Assembly (NCBI GenBank): GCA_046297395.1
Contig: JBKCNM010000105.1
Span: forward strand, 14,230-78,229
Direction: 5' to 3'
Length of the DNA: 64,000 nt
Source: Bacteroidota bacterium
GTDB taxonomy: Bacteria > Bacteroidota > Bacteroidia > UBA4408
How positions within the stretch are numbered: position 1 is the stretch's first letter; each line of letters opens with the position of its first letter. The position numbers and the translations under genes were made by a program. The notes under the pieces are model-generated. The model ran no database searches. It was not told the origin of the DNA and saw nothing but the letters and a program-made list of their open reading frames with translations. This document shows positions 10,533 to 20,589 of the stretch, in pieces.

Positions 10533-12311
10533 ATGTCAACTCCCATCAAAGGCGGAGAATTTCTAATCCGTGAATCGTCTTGTGAATCAGTATTTACTCC
10601 TGAAGACTGGAATGAAGAGCAACTCATGATTGCACAAACCTGCCGCGAATTCTTGGAGCAGGAAGTATTTCCCAGACTAAATGAAATTGATGCCCAGAAA
10701 GAAGGCCTGATGCAGGAATTGCTCGACAAGGCAGGGGAACTGGGCTTACTCGGAATTTCTATTCCGGAAGAATATGGTGGTTTCGGTAAAAACTTTGTCA
10801 CCAGTATGCTCACAACTGAAGTATTGGGTGCGGGCCATTCATTTGCAGTTGCCATTGCTGCACATACGGGGATTGGTACTCTTCCAATCTTGCTCTACGG
10901 AAATGAAGCACAAAAACAGAAGTACATCACAAAACTGGCTAGCGGCGAATGGAAAGGATGTTATTGCCTTACTGAGCCGGGTGCAGGTTCGGATGCCAAT
11001 AGTGGAAAAACCCGTGCCGTACTTTCTGCCGACGGAAAACATTATGTACTCAATGGACAAAAAATGTGGATTACCAACGGTGGCTTTGCTGATGTGCTTA
11101 CCGTTTTTGCAAAAATTGACAATGATGAAAACCTGAGTGCTTTTGTTGTGGAGAGAGGTTATGAAGGCATCACTTTCAATGCGGAGGAACATAAAATGGG
11201 AATCAAAGGAAGCAGCACCCGCCAGATTTTTTTCAACGATGTAAAAGTTCCTGTGGAGAACCTGCTTTCAGAGCGTCAGAATGGTTTTAAGATTGCAGTA
11301 AACATCCTAAATCTGGGCAGGATTAAACTTGCCGGTGCTGCACTGGGAGGGGCCAAGCGCGCCATCAACCAGTCCATTCAATATGCGACAGAGCGACAAC
11401 AATTTGGCAGACCGATTTCCAAATATGGTGCCATTCAACATAAACTGGCAGAGCAGGCCATCCGCGTTTTTGCCTGCGAAAGTGCCACCTATCGTTGCAG
11501 CCAAAACATTGATGATGCCATAGAAGCCTTGACCAAGGAAGGAATGGAACCCTCCAAAGCCAAATTGAAAGGAGTGGAACAATTTGCTGCTGAAGCAGCC
11601 ATTCTCAAAGTACATGGATCTGAAGTCCTTGATTTTGTTGTTGATGAAGGAGTGCAGATATATGGAGGAATGGGTTATAGTGCAGAGGCGCCCATGGACA
11701 GAGCTTACCGTGATGCAAGAATCAACCGGATTTTTGAAGGCACCAATGAAATCAATCGAATGCTTACGGTGGATATGCTGCTGAAAAGAGCCATGAAAGG
11801 AGAACTTGACCTGATGGGACCTGCACAGAAAGTAGCTGCTGAACTGATGAATATTCCGGAGTTCGGCGACATGGAAACCAACCTGATAACAAGTGCCAAA
11901 AATACCCTCTCAGGATTTAAAAAAGCTGTGCTGATGGTGGCAGGTGCTGCTGTGCAAAAATTAATGACTACACTGGCCAAGGAACAGGAAGTGCTCATGA
12001 ATATTGCCGATATGATTATTGATGTGTATGTAGCCGAAAGCCTGATGCTGCGTGTAGAGAAAATGCACAAATCAGGAAAGGCTACTTCCGGCTCGGTTTA
12101 TGATGGCATTCTTCGTGTTTTTATAAATGATGCCGCAGTGCGCATACATACTGCAGGACGCGAAGCAGTATGTAGCTTTTCTGAAGGTGACGAACTGAGA
12201 ATGCTTTTAATGGGCCTCAAAAGATTTACAAAAACTGAACCTGTAAACACCAAAAATCTGCGAAGAGAGATTGCCTCCAAACTAATCAGCGAAAATGCAT
12301 ACAATTTGTAA
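10533..12311 (+). CDS. Long-form acyl-CoA dehydrogenase
   Basis: 592 aa. ACAD motifs CYCLTEPGAGSDA and IYGGMGYSAEAPMDRAYRDARINRIFEGTNEI, plus a C-terminal helical extension. Confidence 0.9.
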   Translation: MSTPIKGGEFLIRESSCESVFTPEDWNEEQLMIAQTCREFLEQEVFPRLNEIDAQKEGLMQELLDKAGELGLLGISIPEEYGGFGKNFVTSMLTTEVLGAGHSFAVAIAAHTGIGTLPILLYGNEAQKQKYITKLASGEWKGCYCLTEPGAGSDANSGKTRAVLSADGKHYVLNGQKMWITNGGFADVLTVFAKIDNDENLSAFVVERGYEGITFNAEEHKMGIKGSSTRQIFFNDVKVPVENLLSERQNGFKIAVNILNLGRIKLAGAALGGAKRAINQSIQYATERQQFGRPISKYGAIQHKLAEQAIRVFACESATYRCSQNIDDAIEALTKEGMEPSKAKLKGVEQFAAEAAILKVHGSEVLDFVVDEGVQIYGGMGYSAEAPMDRAYRDARINRIFEGTNEINRMLTVDMLLKRAMKGELDLMGPAQKVAAELMNIPEFGDMETNLITSAKNTLSGFKKAVLMVAGAAVQKLMTTLAKEQEVLMNIADMIIDVYVAESLMLRVEKMHKSGKATSGSVYDGILRVFINDAAVRIHTAGREAVCSFSEGDELRMLLMGLKRFTKTEPVNTKNLRREIASKLISENAYNL

Positions 12312-12413
12312 AGCATTTCAAACTTCCTGAAGATGCATTTTTTCAGGCTTCCTATCAATGGCCTTGCTTGACTTTCTTGACAGATGTTTTGCATTCTAAA
12401 ACGCTAAAAAAAC

Positions 12414-13451
12414 ATGAAACCCAGGATACAGGTAACATTACTCTCGCTGCTGATTGCAGGTATTGTTGCAGGAGCCGGTCTTTACCTGAAAGTGGGAGCG
12501 ATTGTTTTGTTGCTCCTTTTTACCATCAATTTTCTGTCTTGTTTTTTTCTGTTCAATTATTACATTGAGAGGATTATTTTCGAGAAAATCAAACTGGTTT
12601 ATAAACTTATTTACAACCTCAAAAGAGACAAGGATTTAAAAAGTGCAATGGGTGATTACATCACCGATGATCCCATTACCGATGTGGAGGAGCAGGTAAA
12701 AGACTGGGCAAGAGACAAGAAAAAGGAAATTGATCAACTGAAATTGTTGGCAAAATACAGGAAAGAATTTCTTGCCAACCTGTCACATGAGTTTAAAACA
12801 CCGCTCTTCAGTATCCAAGGTTATATTCAAATGCTGCTGGATGATGATTTGGAAGACAAGAACCAAACACGAAATTTTCTCTCCAAAACCGACAGAAATA
12901 TTGAGCGCTTGGTTGTATTGGTAAATGATTTGGATGAGATTGCTCACCTTGAATCAGGAAAGGTTGAGATGGTCATAAAACCCTTTGAACTGTTTCAACT
13001 GATCCAGGATGTGAAAGAGATGAGTGAACAGAAGGCAAAGGAACTGAAAATCACACTCAGTATTTTTAAGGAAGGTTCATTTCGCTCCATGGTGGAAGCC
13101 GACAGGGAAAAGATTACCCAGGTATTTATCAACCTGATTGATAATGCACTTAAATACGGAAAAATGGGTGGAGAGGTAAAAATTATGCTATTTGACATGG
13201 GTGAAAAAGTGTTGGTAGAAGTTACAGACGATGGCATAGGCATTGCCGAACAGCACCTTCCAAGGCTATTCGAAAGATTTTATCGCACCGATGCCAGCCG
13301 GGCCAGATCCATCGGTGGCTCCGGCCTGGGCCTTGCCATTGTTAAACACATCCTTGATGCACACAACGAAACCATCAATGTAAGAAGTACTGAAGGGATA
13401 GGGACAACATTTGCATTTACCCTGCAGAAAGCCGGAAAAAAAGGGTTTTAA
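12414..13451 (+). CDS. Sensor histidine kinase with two adjacent TM helices and no periplasmic domain (PhoR-like context)
   Basis: H-box LSHEFKTPL, N-box NLIDNALKY, G-boxes DDGIGI and GGSGLGLAIV. The N-terminus has two back-to-back hydrophobic helices. Confidence 0.85.
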   Translation: MKPRIQVTLLSLLIAGIVAGAGLYLKVGAIVLLLLFTINFLSCFFLFNYYIERIIFEKIKLVYKLIYNLKRDKDLKSAMGDYITDDPITDVEEQVKDWARDKKKEIDQLKLLAKYRKEFLANLSHEFKTPLFSIQGYIQMLLDDDLEDKNQTRNFLSKTDRNIERLVVLVNDLDEIAHLESGKVEMVIKPFELFQLIQDVKEMSEQKAKELKITLSIFKEGSFRSMVEADREKITQVFINLIDNALKYGKMGGEVKIMLFDMGEKVLVEVTDDGIGIAEQHLPRLFERFYRTDASRARSIGGSGLGLAIVKHILDAHNETINVRSTEGIGTTFAFTLQKAGKKGF

Positions 13452-13495
13452 CATTAACTTAACATTGTCGGTCTACCTTTAGGCAAATTTGATTC

Positions 13496-14143
13496 ATGAG
13501 TCTGAATACCATTTTTCAGTTTTTTGTTCCCAAAGACAAAAAGTTTTTTCCACTGTTTGAAAGTGCTGCAGCCAATGTTGTTAAAATGTCTCACCTGCTG
13601 AATGAAGCAATCAATACAAATGATTCTGAAAAGCGACATGAAATTATCCGCGAAATAGATCACCTTGAGCATGTGGGTGACCATGCCTCCCATCAGGTTT
13701 TTATTGAACTGGGTAAAAACTTTATCACTCCTTTTGATCGTGAAGATATTCATGCACTTGCCGCTGCCATAGATGATGTAGCTGACTACATCCATGGTAC
13801 TGCAAACAGAATCATGATGTATAAAATTGAAAAATTTCCGGAGACCATTCATAAACTCAGTGAACTTACCATTGAAGCCTGTGTGGAATTGGAAAAAGCC
13901 GTAAAAGAGCTGCGCAACATGAAAAATATTCGCACACTCACCGATGCATTTATCCGAATCAACAGCATAGAGAATCAGGCCGACTATATTTTTGACAAAG
14001 CCATTGGCGACTTATTTGACTCAGAGACAAATGCGCTCGAGGTAATCAAACAAAAAGAAATCCTTTCGGCTCTTGAAACAGCTACAGACAAGGCGGAAGA
14101 TGCTGCCAATGTCATTGAGTCTATCATCATTAAATATGTATAA
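13496..14143 (+). CDS. DUF47 / PhoU-like phosphate-transport accessory protein
   Basis: 215-aa helical protein (HLEHVGDHASHQ..., REDIHALAAAIDDVADYI). It lies 7 nt upstream of a PiT gene, which is the classic DUF47-PiT pair. Confidence 0.8.
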   Translation: MSLNTIFQFFVPKDKKFFPLFESAAANVVKMSHLLNEAINTNDSEKRHEIIREIDHLEHVGDHASHQVFIELGKNFITPFDREDIHALAAAIDDVADYIHGTANRIMMYKIEKFPETIHKLSELTIEACVELEKAVKELRNMKNIRTLTDAFIRINSIENQADYIFDKAIGDLFDSETNALEVIKQKEILSALETATDKAEDAANVIESIIIKYV

Positions 14144-14149
14144 CCACAT

Positions 14150-15136
14150 ATGACTTTACTGATCATTGTGGTCGTCCTTGCCCTTGTATTTGATTACATC
14201 AACGGGTTTCATGATGCCGCAAACTCAATAGCAACAATCGTTTCTACCAAAGTATTATCACCTTTTCAGGCAGTACTTTGGGCTGCGTTTTTCAATTTTG
14301 TAGCCTTCTTTGTTTTTAAAGATCACGGAGTGGCAAATACCATTGCCAAAACTGTTAAGTCTGAATTTATTACCCTTGATGTGATCATGTCGGGACTGAT
14401 TGCAGCCATTGCCTGGAACCTCATCACCTGGTGGCTTGGAATCCCTTCCTCTTCCTCTCATACGCTCATTGGTGGCTTTGCGGGTGCAGCCATTGCCCAT
14501 GCAGGTTTTGAGGTGATTGATATCACGAGAATCTCCAAAATTTTTCTTTTTATTTTCATCGCCCCTTTAATCGGGATGATGGTATCTTATATTTTAACCA
14601 TCATCATCCTCAATGTATGCAGACACGCCAGTCCTGCCAAGGCCGATACATGGTTCAAGCGCCTTCAACTGCTTTCATCAGCTGCCTTTTCGCTGGGCCA
14701 CGGAGGGAATGATGCGCAAAAGGTGATGGGAATTATTTCCGCTGCCTTGCTTGTAAACGGAAACATTTCCTCCATAGAAGCCATGCCTCCATGGGTACCG
14801 ATGGGCTGTTATACTGCAATAGCCATTGGCACAATGAGCGGGGGATGGAGAATTGTAAAAACCATGGGAACAAAAATTACCAAGGTAACGCCCCTTGAAG
14901 GGGTGGCTGCCGAAACTGCAGGAGCCTTTACTCTTTTTCTGACAGAACATTATAAAATACCAGTAAGTACCACACATACCATTACGGGATCCATCATCGG
15001 AGTGGGTTTGTCCAAAAGGGTATCTGCCGTTAGATGGGGCGTAACAGTTAATCTCATCTGGGCTTGGATTCTGACTATTCCCGTTTCGGGTTTTATGGCT
15101 ATGATGACCTATTATTTGGTAAAACTACTCCATTGA
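14150..15136 (+). CDS. PiT-family inorganic phosphate transporter
   Basis: Duplicated PHO4 signatures GFHDAANSIAT and GHGGNDAQK in a polytopic membrane protein. Confidence 0.9.
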   Translation: MTLLIIVVVLALVFDYINGFHDAANSIATIVSTKVLSPFQAVLWAAFFNFVAFFVFKDHGVANTIAKTVKSEFITLDVIMSGLIAAIAWNLITWWLGIPSSSSHTLIGGFAGAAIAHAGFEVIDITRISKIFLFIFIAPLIGMMVSYILTIIILNVCRHASPAKADTWFKRLQLLSSAAFSLGHGGNDAQKVMGIISAALLVNGNISSIEAMPPWVPMGCYTAIAIGTMSGGWRIVKTMGTKITKVTPLEGVAAETAGAFTLFLTEHYKIPVSTTHTITGSIIGVGLSKRVSAVRWGVTVNLIWAWILTIPVSGFMAMMTYYLVKLLH

Positions 15137-15253
15137 ATAGATTTACCTGATAGTACTTGCCCCGGCATGTATTGTGAACTTTCGAAGCGAAAAATAAATA
15201 CTGTTTAGTGTTTAATGATTTGGCACTTGGTCGGGCTTAAACAACTTATTTGA

Positions 15254-16444
15254 CTACACATCTTCAGGATCATTTCTCGTATCGAGTTCTCTGATCTCAT
15301 GGAGTTTCATCCATGCAAACAAAGAGACCATGAGTGTAATGCACCCCCCTGCAACGATACTGGGAACCAAACCAAAAAAGCGGGCAGCAAGACCTGATTC
15401 AAAGGCACCCAGTTCATTGGATGAACCAATAAAAATTTTACTCACAGCCTCTACCCTTCCACGCATTTGTTCCGGGGCATAGAGCTGTACGATAGTAGAT
15501 CGGATAATGACACTCACTTCATCAAAAACTCCGCTCAGAAACAAAAAAATCCACGCCGCCGAAAATGTTTTGCTGAAAGCGAAGGCAATCATACAACATC
15601 CGAATGCAGCCACAGAAAGCAGCATTTTTTTTCCGGCATTTTTCTGTGGGGGACGCACAGAGAGTATCAGCGACATACAAATCGCTCCCATTGCCGGGGC
15701 AGCTTGCAAGTAGCCGAGATATTCCGGACCACAGTGTAGAATTTTATCGGCAAAAGCCGGTAAAATAGCTATTACGCCACCAAACAAAACGGCAAACATG
15801 TCCACGGCAAAAGCGCCAACAAGTTGTTGTGTGCCGAATACAAAACGGAGGCCTTCTTTGAGCGACACAAAAACCCCCTCGTGTTTTTGAAACGGTGGGT
15901 TGGGAAGCGCAGAAGTCCTAAAAAACAGGAATAAAGAAATCATTGCACAAATCGCTACAAGCGAGGCTGCTGCAAGTGATCCCAAATAAGCATAAATCAG
16001 GCCGGCGCTTGCCGGGCCGGAAACCGCACTGATGTCAAATGAAATGCTGTTCCACACAGCAGAGAATGGATACAATTTTCTGGGAATCAGTTGAGCGGCC
16101 ATAGCTCCGTGAGCCGGAGCATAAAATCCCCTGACAATGCCCAGTAAAAAAATGAGCATATATAGGGGAAAGATTGGTAGATTTTCTGAGTGATGCAGCC
16201 ATAAAAAGGCAAGCAGAAACACTGCCCCCGCAAGATATGCAGAAGCACAAAAAAGGACAATCATTCTTCTGTTGTATCGATCGGCAGTAATGCCTGCAAA
16301 AAGGGCAGTACTCAGAAAAGGCAATGCCTCACAAAGTCCGATTAGTCCCAGCGAAAGTTCATCATGTGTCTGCTGATAAATCAGCCAGGATACCACCAGC
16401 GCCAGGGACCTGTTGGCGAAGGTGAGCATAAACTTGCCACCCAA
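15254..16444 (-). CDS. MFS transporter
   Basis: 396 aa, multi-TM, with loop motif GITADRYNRR. The start codon is TTG at 16444. An ATG lies 5 codons further in. Confidence 0.75.
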   Translation of the reverse strand: MGGKFMLTFANRSLALVVSWLIYQQTHDELSLGLIGLCEALPFLSTALFAGITADRYNRRMIVLFCASAYLAGAVFLLAFLWLHHSENLPIFPLYMLIFLLGIVRGFYAPAHGAMAAQLIPRKLYPFSAVWNSISFDISAVSGPASAGLIYAYLGSLAAASLVAICAMISLFLFFRTSALPNPPFQKHEGVFVSLKEGLRFVFGTQQLVGAFAVDMFAVLFGGVIAILPAFADKILHCGPEYLGYLQAAPAMGAICMSLILSVRPPQKNAGKKMLLSVAAFGCCMIAFAFSKTFSAAWIFLFLSGVFDEVSVIIRSTIVQLYAPEQMRGRVEAVSKIFIGSSNELGAFESGLAARFFGLVPSIVAGGCITLMVSLFAWMKLHEIRELDTRNDPEDV

Positions 16445-16497
16445 AAAATATCGGTAATCCCGTATATGTAGAACGCGGGTGTCGATTGCTGCAGGTA

Positions 16498-16929
16498 TTA
16501 CTTCTTCAGCAAATCGCGAATCTCAGTAAGCAATACCTCCTGGGCAGGAGGTGCAGCAGGAGCGGCTGTTTGGGCTTCCTCCTTTTTACGGGCTGCATTC
16601 ATGGTACGAACCACCAAAAAAATAACAAAGGCCACAACCAAAAAATCAAACACATTGGTAATGAATGTACCATACTTAATGGCTACTTCCGGCGCCGCCT
16701 CAACCACCACCGTATCTCCTTGTTTAACCTGTTCAATGGCTTGCTTGATGACCAGTTTCCTGTCGTTGAAATCGATTCCTCCCGTGAGCATGCCAATGGC
16801 AGGCATCACCATCCCGTCAATAAACGAACTCACCACTTTACCAAAAGCCGCTCCCATGACAAAGGCAACAGCTGTTTCCACAAGATTGCCACGCATGGCA
16901 AAGGACTTGAATTCCTGAAATACACCCAT
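16498..16929 (-). CDS. mscL: Large-conductance mechanosensitive channel
   Basis: MGVFQEFKSFAMRGNLVETAVAFVMGAAFGKVVSSFIDGMVMPAIG is the canonical MscL N-terminus. 143 aa. Confidence 0.9.
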   Translation of the reverse strand: MGVFQEFKSFAMRGNLVETAVAFVMGAAFGKVVSSFIDGMVMPAIGMLTGGIDFNDRKLVIKQAIEQVKQGDTVVVEAAPEVAIKYGTFITNVFDFLVVAFVIFLVVRTMNAARKKEEAQTAAPAAPPAQEVLLTEIRDLLKK

Positions 16930-17051
16930 GATTATTTTTTTACGAAAGTAGGATTTCGGCTTGAAAACAAAAAGAAAGGCTGCAATCTCAAATGTTACGG
17001 AGGATGCTTATGAATGAGCTCCGCAGATGCATAGAAATGTTTGCTTTAATA

Positions 17052-18080
17052 CTACCTGCCCCGTGAAATAAAATCGTTCAACTGAGAAATAGAACTCTCC
17101 AATTGAAAAGCATCATTCACCTTAAAGTAGTTGCCTCTGTCGTAAGTATATGTATAGGCAAATTTGGCAAGCTCCAAGCGGCTCTGCTCAAATGTAAACA
17201 ACAGCATCAGTTCCCTTACCTGAGAGGCAAACAGACACCTCGCCTGCAAAATCTGTTTGGCAATAACGAGCTTGGACTGTTCAAAGCTTTTTGATTGAAT
17301 ACTGCCTTTCATGGACTCAAGTTCTGAAGGTGATACAGGGGTGTTGCAACCTATCGGCCCGGTGTATCCCGGCAAGGCCTGAGGCATGGTTTGAACGGGT
17401 ACCGGAGGTGCTTGCTGCACAATCACCACGGGAGGCTGAGGTACCACAGGCTGTGTGCTGAAACCATTGCTGTAGGTAGTAGTTGTGGTGGTAGTTGTGG
17501 TGGTGAGACCTCCCTGCATGTTCGTTGTTTGTTGTGTTACTGTTCCGGGAGGATTTGCCATAAACGGATCATTGGCAGTGATATTCATGTTTAGCCCGTT
17601 TGAAGAAAAAGACAAATCCATAAAATCAGGACCCCAATCATCCTCTGTAATTGTGGTAGTGGTAACTTGTTGCATGGGTAGAGGGGATTGGTGATAAACA
17701 ATCACCTGTTGGTTCGGCATGGTTTGCGACTGAAAGGAAGGACCATAAGGAAGCGCTCCCATGGAAAAAATATCAAAAGCATTCATCACACCCGGTCCTA
17801 CAAGAAATCGATTTTCTGATGCCGGCTGAAGGGAAATCAACCGGTCTACATGCCCCATTCTAGTGTCTTCAAATAAAATTCGGCAGCGGTATGTCTGTGG
17901 AGCCAATTGATCTATCCTCAAATAGGTTTGTGGCGTCTGATTTTGGATGATTCCATTGAGTAAGACATACATACGGTTTCCTGATTCGGTGTAGAACATT
18001 GCGCTCGATAGTTGTGCTTTGCTTGCCTGTGCAAGGAATAAAAAAGCAAAGAGTACATATGAAGTTGATTTTCTCATCAT
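17052..18080 (-). CDS. Secreted DUF4476-domain protein with Thr/Pro/Gln-rich linker
   Basis: Signal peptide. The C-terminal block FEQSKLVIAKQIL...FTFEQSRLELAKFAYTYTYDRGNYFKV matches the duplicated DUF4476 pattern. The central linker is a 10-residue Thr run (TTTTTTTTTT) followed downstream by PQPPVVIVQQAPPVPV. Confidence 0.6.
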   Translation of the reverse strand: MMRKSTSYVLFAFLFLAQASKAQLSSAMFYTESGNRMYVLLNGIIQNQTPQTYLRIDQLAPQTYRCRILFEDTRMGHVDRLISLQPASENRFLVGPGVMNAFDIFSMGALPYGPSFQSQTMPNQQVIVYHQSPLPMQQVTTTTITEDDWGPDFMDLSFSSNGLNMNITANDPFMANPPGTVTQQTTNMQGGLTTTTTTTTTTYSNGFSTQPVVPQPPVVIVQQAPPVPVQTMPQALPGYTGPIGCNTPVSPSELESMKGSIQSKSFEQSKLVIAKQILQARCLFASQVRELMLLFTFEQSRLELAKFAYTYTYDRGNYFKVNDAFQLESSISQLNDFISRGR

Positions 18081-18309
18081 TCTGCCAAATTACAAAAGAT
18101 ATTTTAAAAGGTATTCAATTGCATCAGGCTGTATGTCATGGGTGGATCATCAGGGATAAACGATTGATTCAGAGAAATCCGTGACCATTTGTGAGGCCGG
18201 GCCTTTTGAATAAAGAAATTTATTTTTGAAAGGTCTAATGAATCAGGTATTGAGGATGAGCGAATGGAAAGTAGTGTGAATTTTACATAAACGGGTATTT
18301 TTCAATTTT

Positions 18310-18317
18310 TATCTTTG
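18310..18317 (+). promoter_or_regulatory. Candidate Bacteroidota -7 promoter box (TATCTTTG)
   Basis: Exact match to TAnnTTTG, 8 nt upstream of the GTG start at 18325. This implies a leaderless or near-leaderless mRNA. Confidence 0.3.
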
Positions 18318-18324
18318 CCGAAGC

Positions 18325-19389
18325 GTGAAAGTACTTCTGCTTTTTCCTTATCCGCTAGGGCGTGCTGCAAGTCAGCGGTTCAGGTTTGAACAATACCTGG
18401 ATCAGATGAGGACAAAGGGTATACAGATCAATACCCAGGCATTTCTTCACGAACATGCATGGGTGCTTCTCTATGCAAGGGGAAAGCTCCTCCAAAAAGT
18501 ATATCATTTTATCCTGGGCTTTGTCAGACGCTTCTTCCTTCTTTTCAGCATGAGAGAGTATGATTATGTTTTTATCCATCGGGAAGCCGCCCCTTTGGGT
18601 CCTCCATTTTTTGAATGGGTGATTGGACGGGTGCTGAAGAAAAAAATTATTTACGATTTTGACGATGCCATCTGGCTTCCTAATGCCTCAGACAGCAATC
18701 GTTTTTTTGCCTTTTTAAAGTTTCATGGAAATGTAAAACGCATCTGTAAATGGAGTTACAAAATTTCCTGTGGCAATCAATATCTCTGCAACTATGCTCT
18801 GCAATACAATGCATCTGTGATTTACAATCCCACCACCATCGACACCATCAATCTTCACAACCGGGTAGTAGATACACGCAAGCAAAAGCCCACCATTGGG
18901 TGGACAGGCTCGCACTCAACAAACCGCTATTTACAGGATATGATTCCCGTGATTGCTGAATTGGAGAAGGAGTTTGATTTTGATTTTCTGGTGATCAGCG
19001 ATGTCTCTCCGGAACTTCCGCTTCGTTCATTCAAATTCAAAAAATGGAGCAAGGAAACCGAGATTGACGATTTAATGCAGATGACTATTGGCATCATGCC
19101 ACTGGCAGAAGACCAATGGGCAGCTGGAAAATGCGGCTTTAAGGCACTTCAGTATATGTCGCTGGGTATTCCCGCACTGGTTTCTCCGGTTGGCGTCAAT
19201 ACAAAAATTGTTGATCACGGAATCAACGGCTATATATGCAACACAAGAGCAGAATGGATTGAGTCCCTTCGACAACTACTTGGGAATCCGGATACCTTGT
19301 CGCTCATGTCTGCCAATACCAGAAAAAAAATAGAATCTTCCTATTCGGTAACTTCCAATAAAGCTAACTTTATCGCCCTGTTCACCTGA
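18325..19389 (+). CDS. Glycosyltransferase (GT-B fold, group 1-like)
   Basis: 354 aa. The N-terminal beta1 KVLLLFPYP and C-terminal half IGWTGSHST...GIMPL...KALQYMSLGIPALVSPVGVN...GYIC are typical of GT4-like enzymes. GTG start. Confidence 0.7.
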   Translation: MKVLLLFPYPLGRAASQRFRFEQYLDQMRTKGIQINTQAFLHEHAWVLLYARGKLLQKVYHFILGFVRRFFLLFSMREYDYVFIHREAAPLGPPFFEWVIGRVLKKKIIYDFDDAIWLPNASDSNRFFAFLKFHGNVKRICKWSYKISCGNQYLCNYALQYNASVIYNPTTIDTINLHNRVVDTRKQKPTIGWTGSHSTNRYLQDMIPVIAELEKEFDFDFLVISDVSPELPLRSFKFKKWSKETEIDDLMQMTIGIMPLAEDQWAAGKCGFKALQYMSLGIPALVSPVGVNTKIVDHGINGYICNTRAEWIESLRQLLGNPDTLSLMSANTRKKIESSYSVTSNKANFIALFT

Positions 19390-19391
19390 CA

Positions 19392-20471
19392 ATGAAAAAA
19401 ACACCACTATACAACCAACACCTGCTATTGCAGGCCAAAATGGCTCCCTTTGCCGGTTACGAAATGCCCATTCAATATTCCGGAATCACCATTGAACATG
19501 AAGCGGTGAGGAACAGGGCAGGCATGTTTGATGTTTCCCACATGGGAGAATTCATCATCCGTGGCAAAGATGCTTTGCAACTTGTTCAGCACATCACCAG
19601 CAACGATGCCTCTATGCTCTACAATGGCAAAGTGCAATACTCCTGTTTAACAAATGAACAAGGTGGCATCGTTGATGATTTACTGGTTTACAGACTGGAC
19701 GATACCTCCTTCATGCTGGTAGTGAATGCTTCCAACATCGAAAAAGATTTTGCCCATATTGAAAAATACAAAACCAATCTTGATGTAGAGTTGCTGAACA
19801 TCTCTGATCAAACCGCGCTGCTTGCTGTTCAAGGTCCTCGCGCAGGTGAAATTTTACAAAGTCTCACTGAAACCCCGCTGGCAGAGATGGAATACTACAC
19901 TTTTACCAAAGGATGGATGGGCGGATTCGGCAATGTGTTGATTTCTGCCACCGGATATACAGGCGCTGGAGGATTTGAGTTATATATCAGAAACGAAGAT
20001 GCTTCTGCCTTATGGGATCAAATTATGAAAGCCGGAGAACCCTTCGGACTTTTGCCCGCCGGTTTGGGTGCAAGGGATACCCTAAGACTGGAAAAAGGAT
20101 TTTGTCTGTATGGAAATGAAATCAATGACCAAACGCTTACCCTCGAAGCAGGCTTAGGCTGGATTACCAAGTTCAGCAAATCATTTGTAGGAGACCAAGC
20201 CCTTAAAAGTGCCAAATCCAATGGACTACGGAGAAAGTTGGTAGGATTTGAAATGACTGAAAAAGGGATTGCCAGACATGGCTACCCTGTAAGCAACAAG
20301 GAGGGTAAAATCATTGGAGAAGTAACCTCCGGAACCCAATCTCCAAGCCTGAAAAAATCCATCGGTCTGGCATATGTTGAGACCCCTTACGCGAGCCTTG
20401 GTTCAGATATTTACATCATCATCAGGGAAAAACCCACACAAGCCAGCGTTTGTAAGGTTCCTTTCCTCTGA
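19392..20471 (+). CDS. gcvT: Glycine cleavage system aminomethyltransferase (T protein)
   Basis: KTPLYNQHLLLQAKMAPFAGYEMPIQY..., FDVSHMGEF and GYTGAGGFE are hallmark GcvT blocks. Confidence 0.95.
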   Translation: MKKTPLYNQHLLLQAKMAPFAGYEMPIQYSGITIEHEAVRNRAGMFDVSHMGEFIIRGKDALQLVQHITSNDASMLYNGKVQYSCLTNEQGGIVDDLLVYRLDDTSFMLVVNASNIEKDFAHIEKYKTNLDVELLNISDQTALLAVQGPRAGEILQSLTETPLAEMEYYTFTKGWMGGFGNVLISATGYTGAGGFELYIRNEDASALWDQIMKAGEPFGLLPAGLGARDTLRLEKGFCLYGNEINDQTLTLEAGLGWITKFSKSFVGDQALKSAKSNGLRRKLVGFEMTEKGIARHGYPVSNKEGKIIGEVTSGTQSPSLKKSIGLAYVETPYASLGSDIYIIIREKPTQASVCKVPFL

Positions 20472-20551
20472 TAAAAAAACTTCTATCATGGTTTAGACCA
20501 AGTAGATAAATATATCGGTCAAAATTAATTTTTTACATATGAACTAACAAT

Positions 20552-20559
20552 TATCTTTG
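20552..20559 (+). promoter_or_regulatory. Candidate -7 promoter box (TATCTTTG)
   Basis: Exact TAnnTTTG match, 31 nt upstream of the response-regulator ATG. Confidence 0.35.
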
Positions 20560-20589
20560 ACGAGCGATTATTGAAAAAAAGCTTCTTTT

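Noticed and set aside
16445-16522. The MFS reading frame stays open upstream of its TTG start. The translation there (…DTRVLHIRDYRYF-) resembles the conserved cytoplasmic N-terminal motif of related MFS proteins, which hints at a longer protein.
   Set aside because: No ATG, GTG or TTG occurs in that frame before the upstream stop at 16523..16525. The extension would also run into the mscL stop region. TM1 is intact from the TTG start. I left this as an annotation caveat rather than a finding.
17470-17510. A poly-threonine run in the DUF4476 protein as a possible slippage or phase-variation tract.
   Set aside because: At the DNA level it uses mixed ACC, ACA and ACT codons, with only a two-copy 12-nt repeat and no homopolymer. 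Length changes would also stay in frame.
19380-19400. A possible glycine riboswitch ahead of gcvT.
   Set aside because: Only 2 nt separate the upstream glycosyltransferase stop from the gcvT ATG, so there is no room for a leader.
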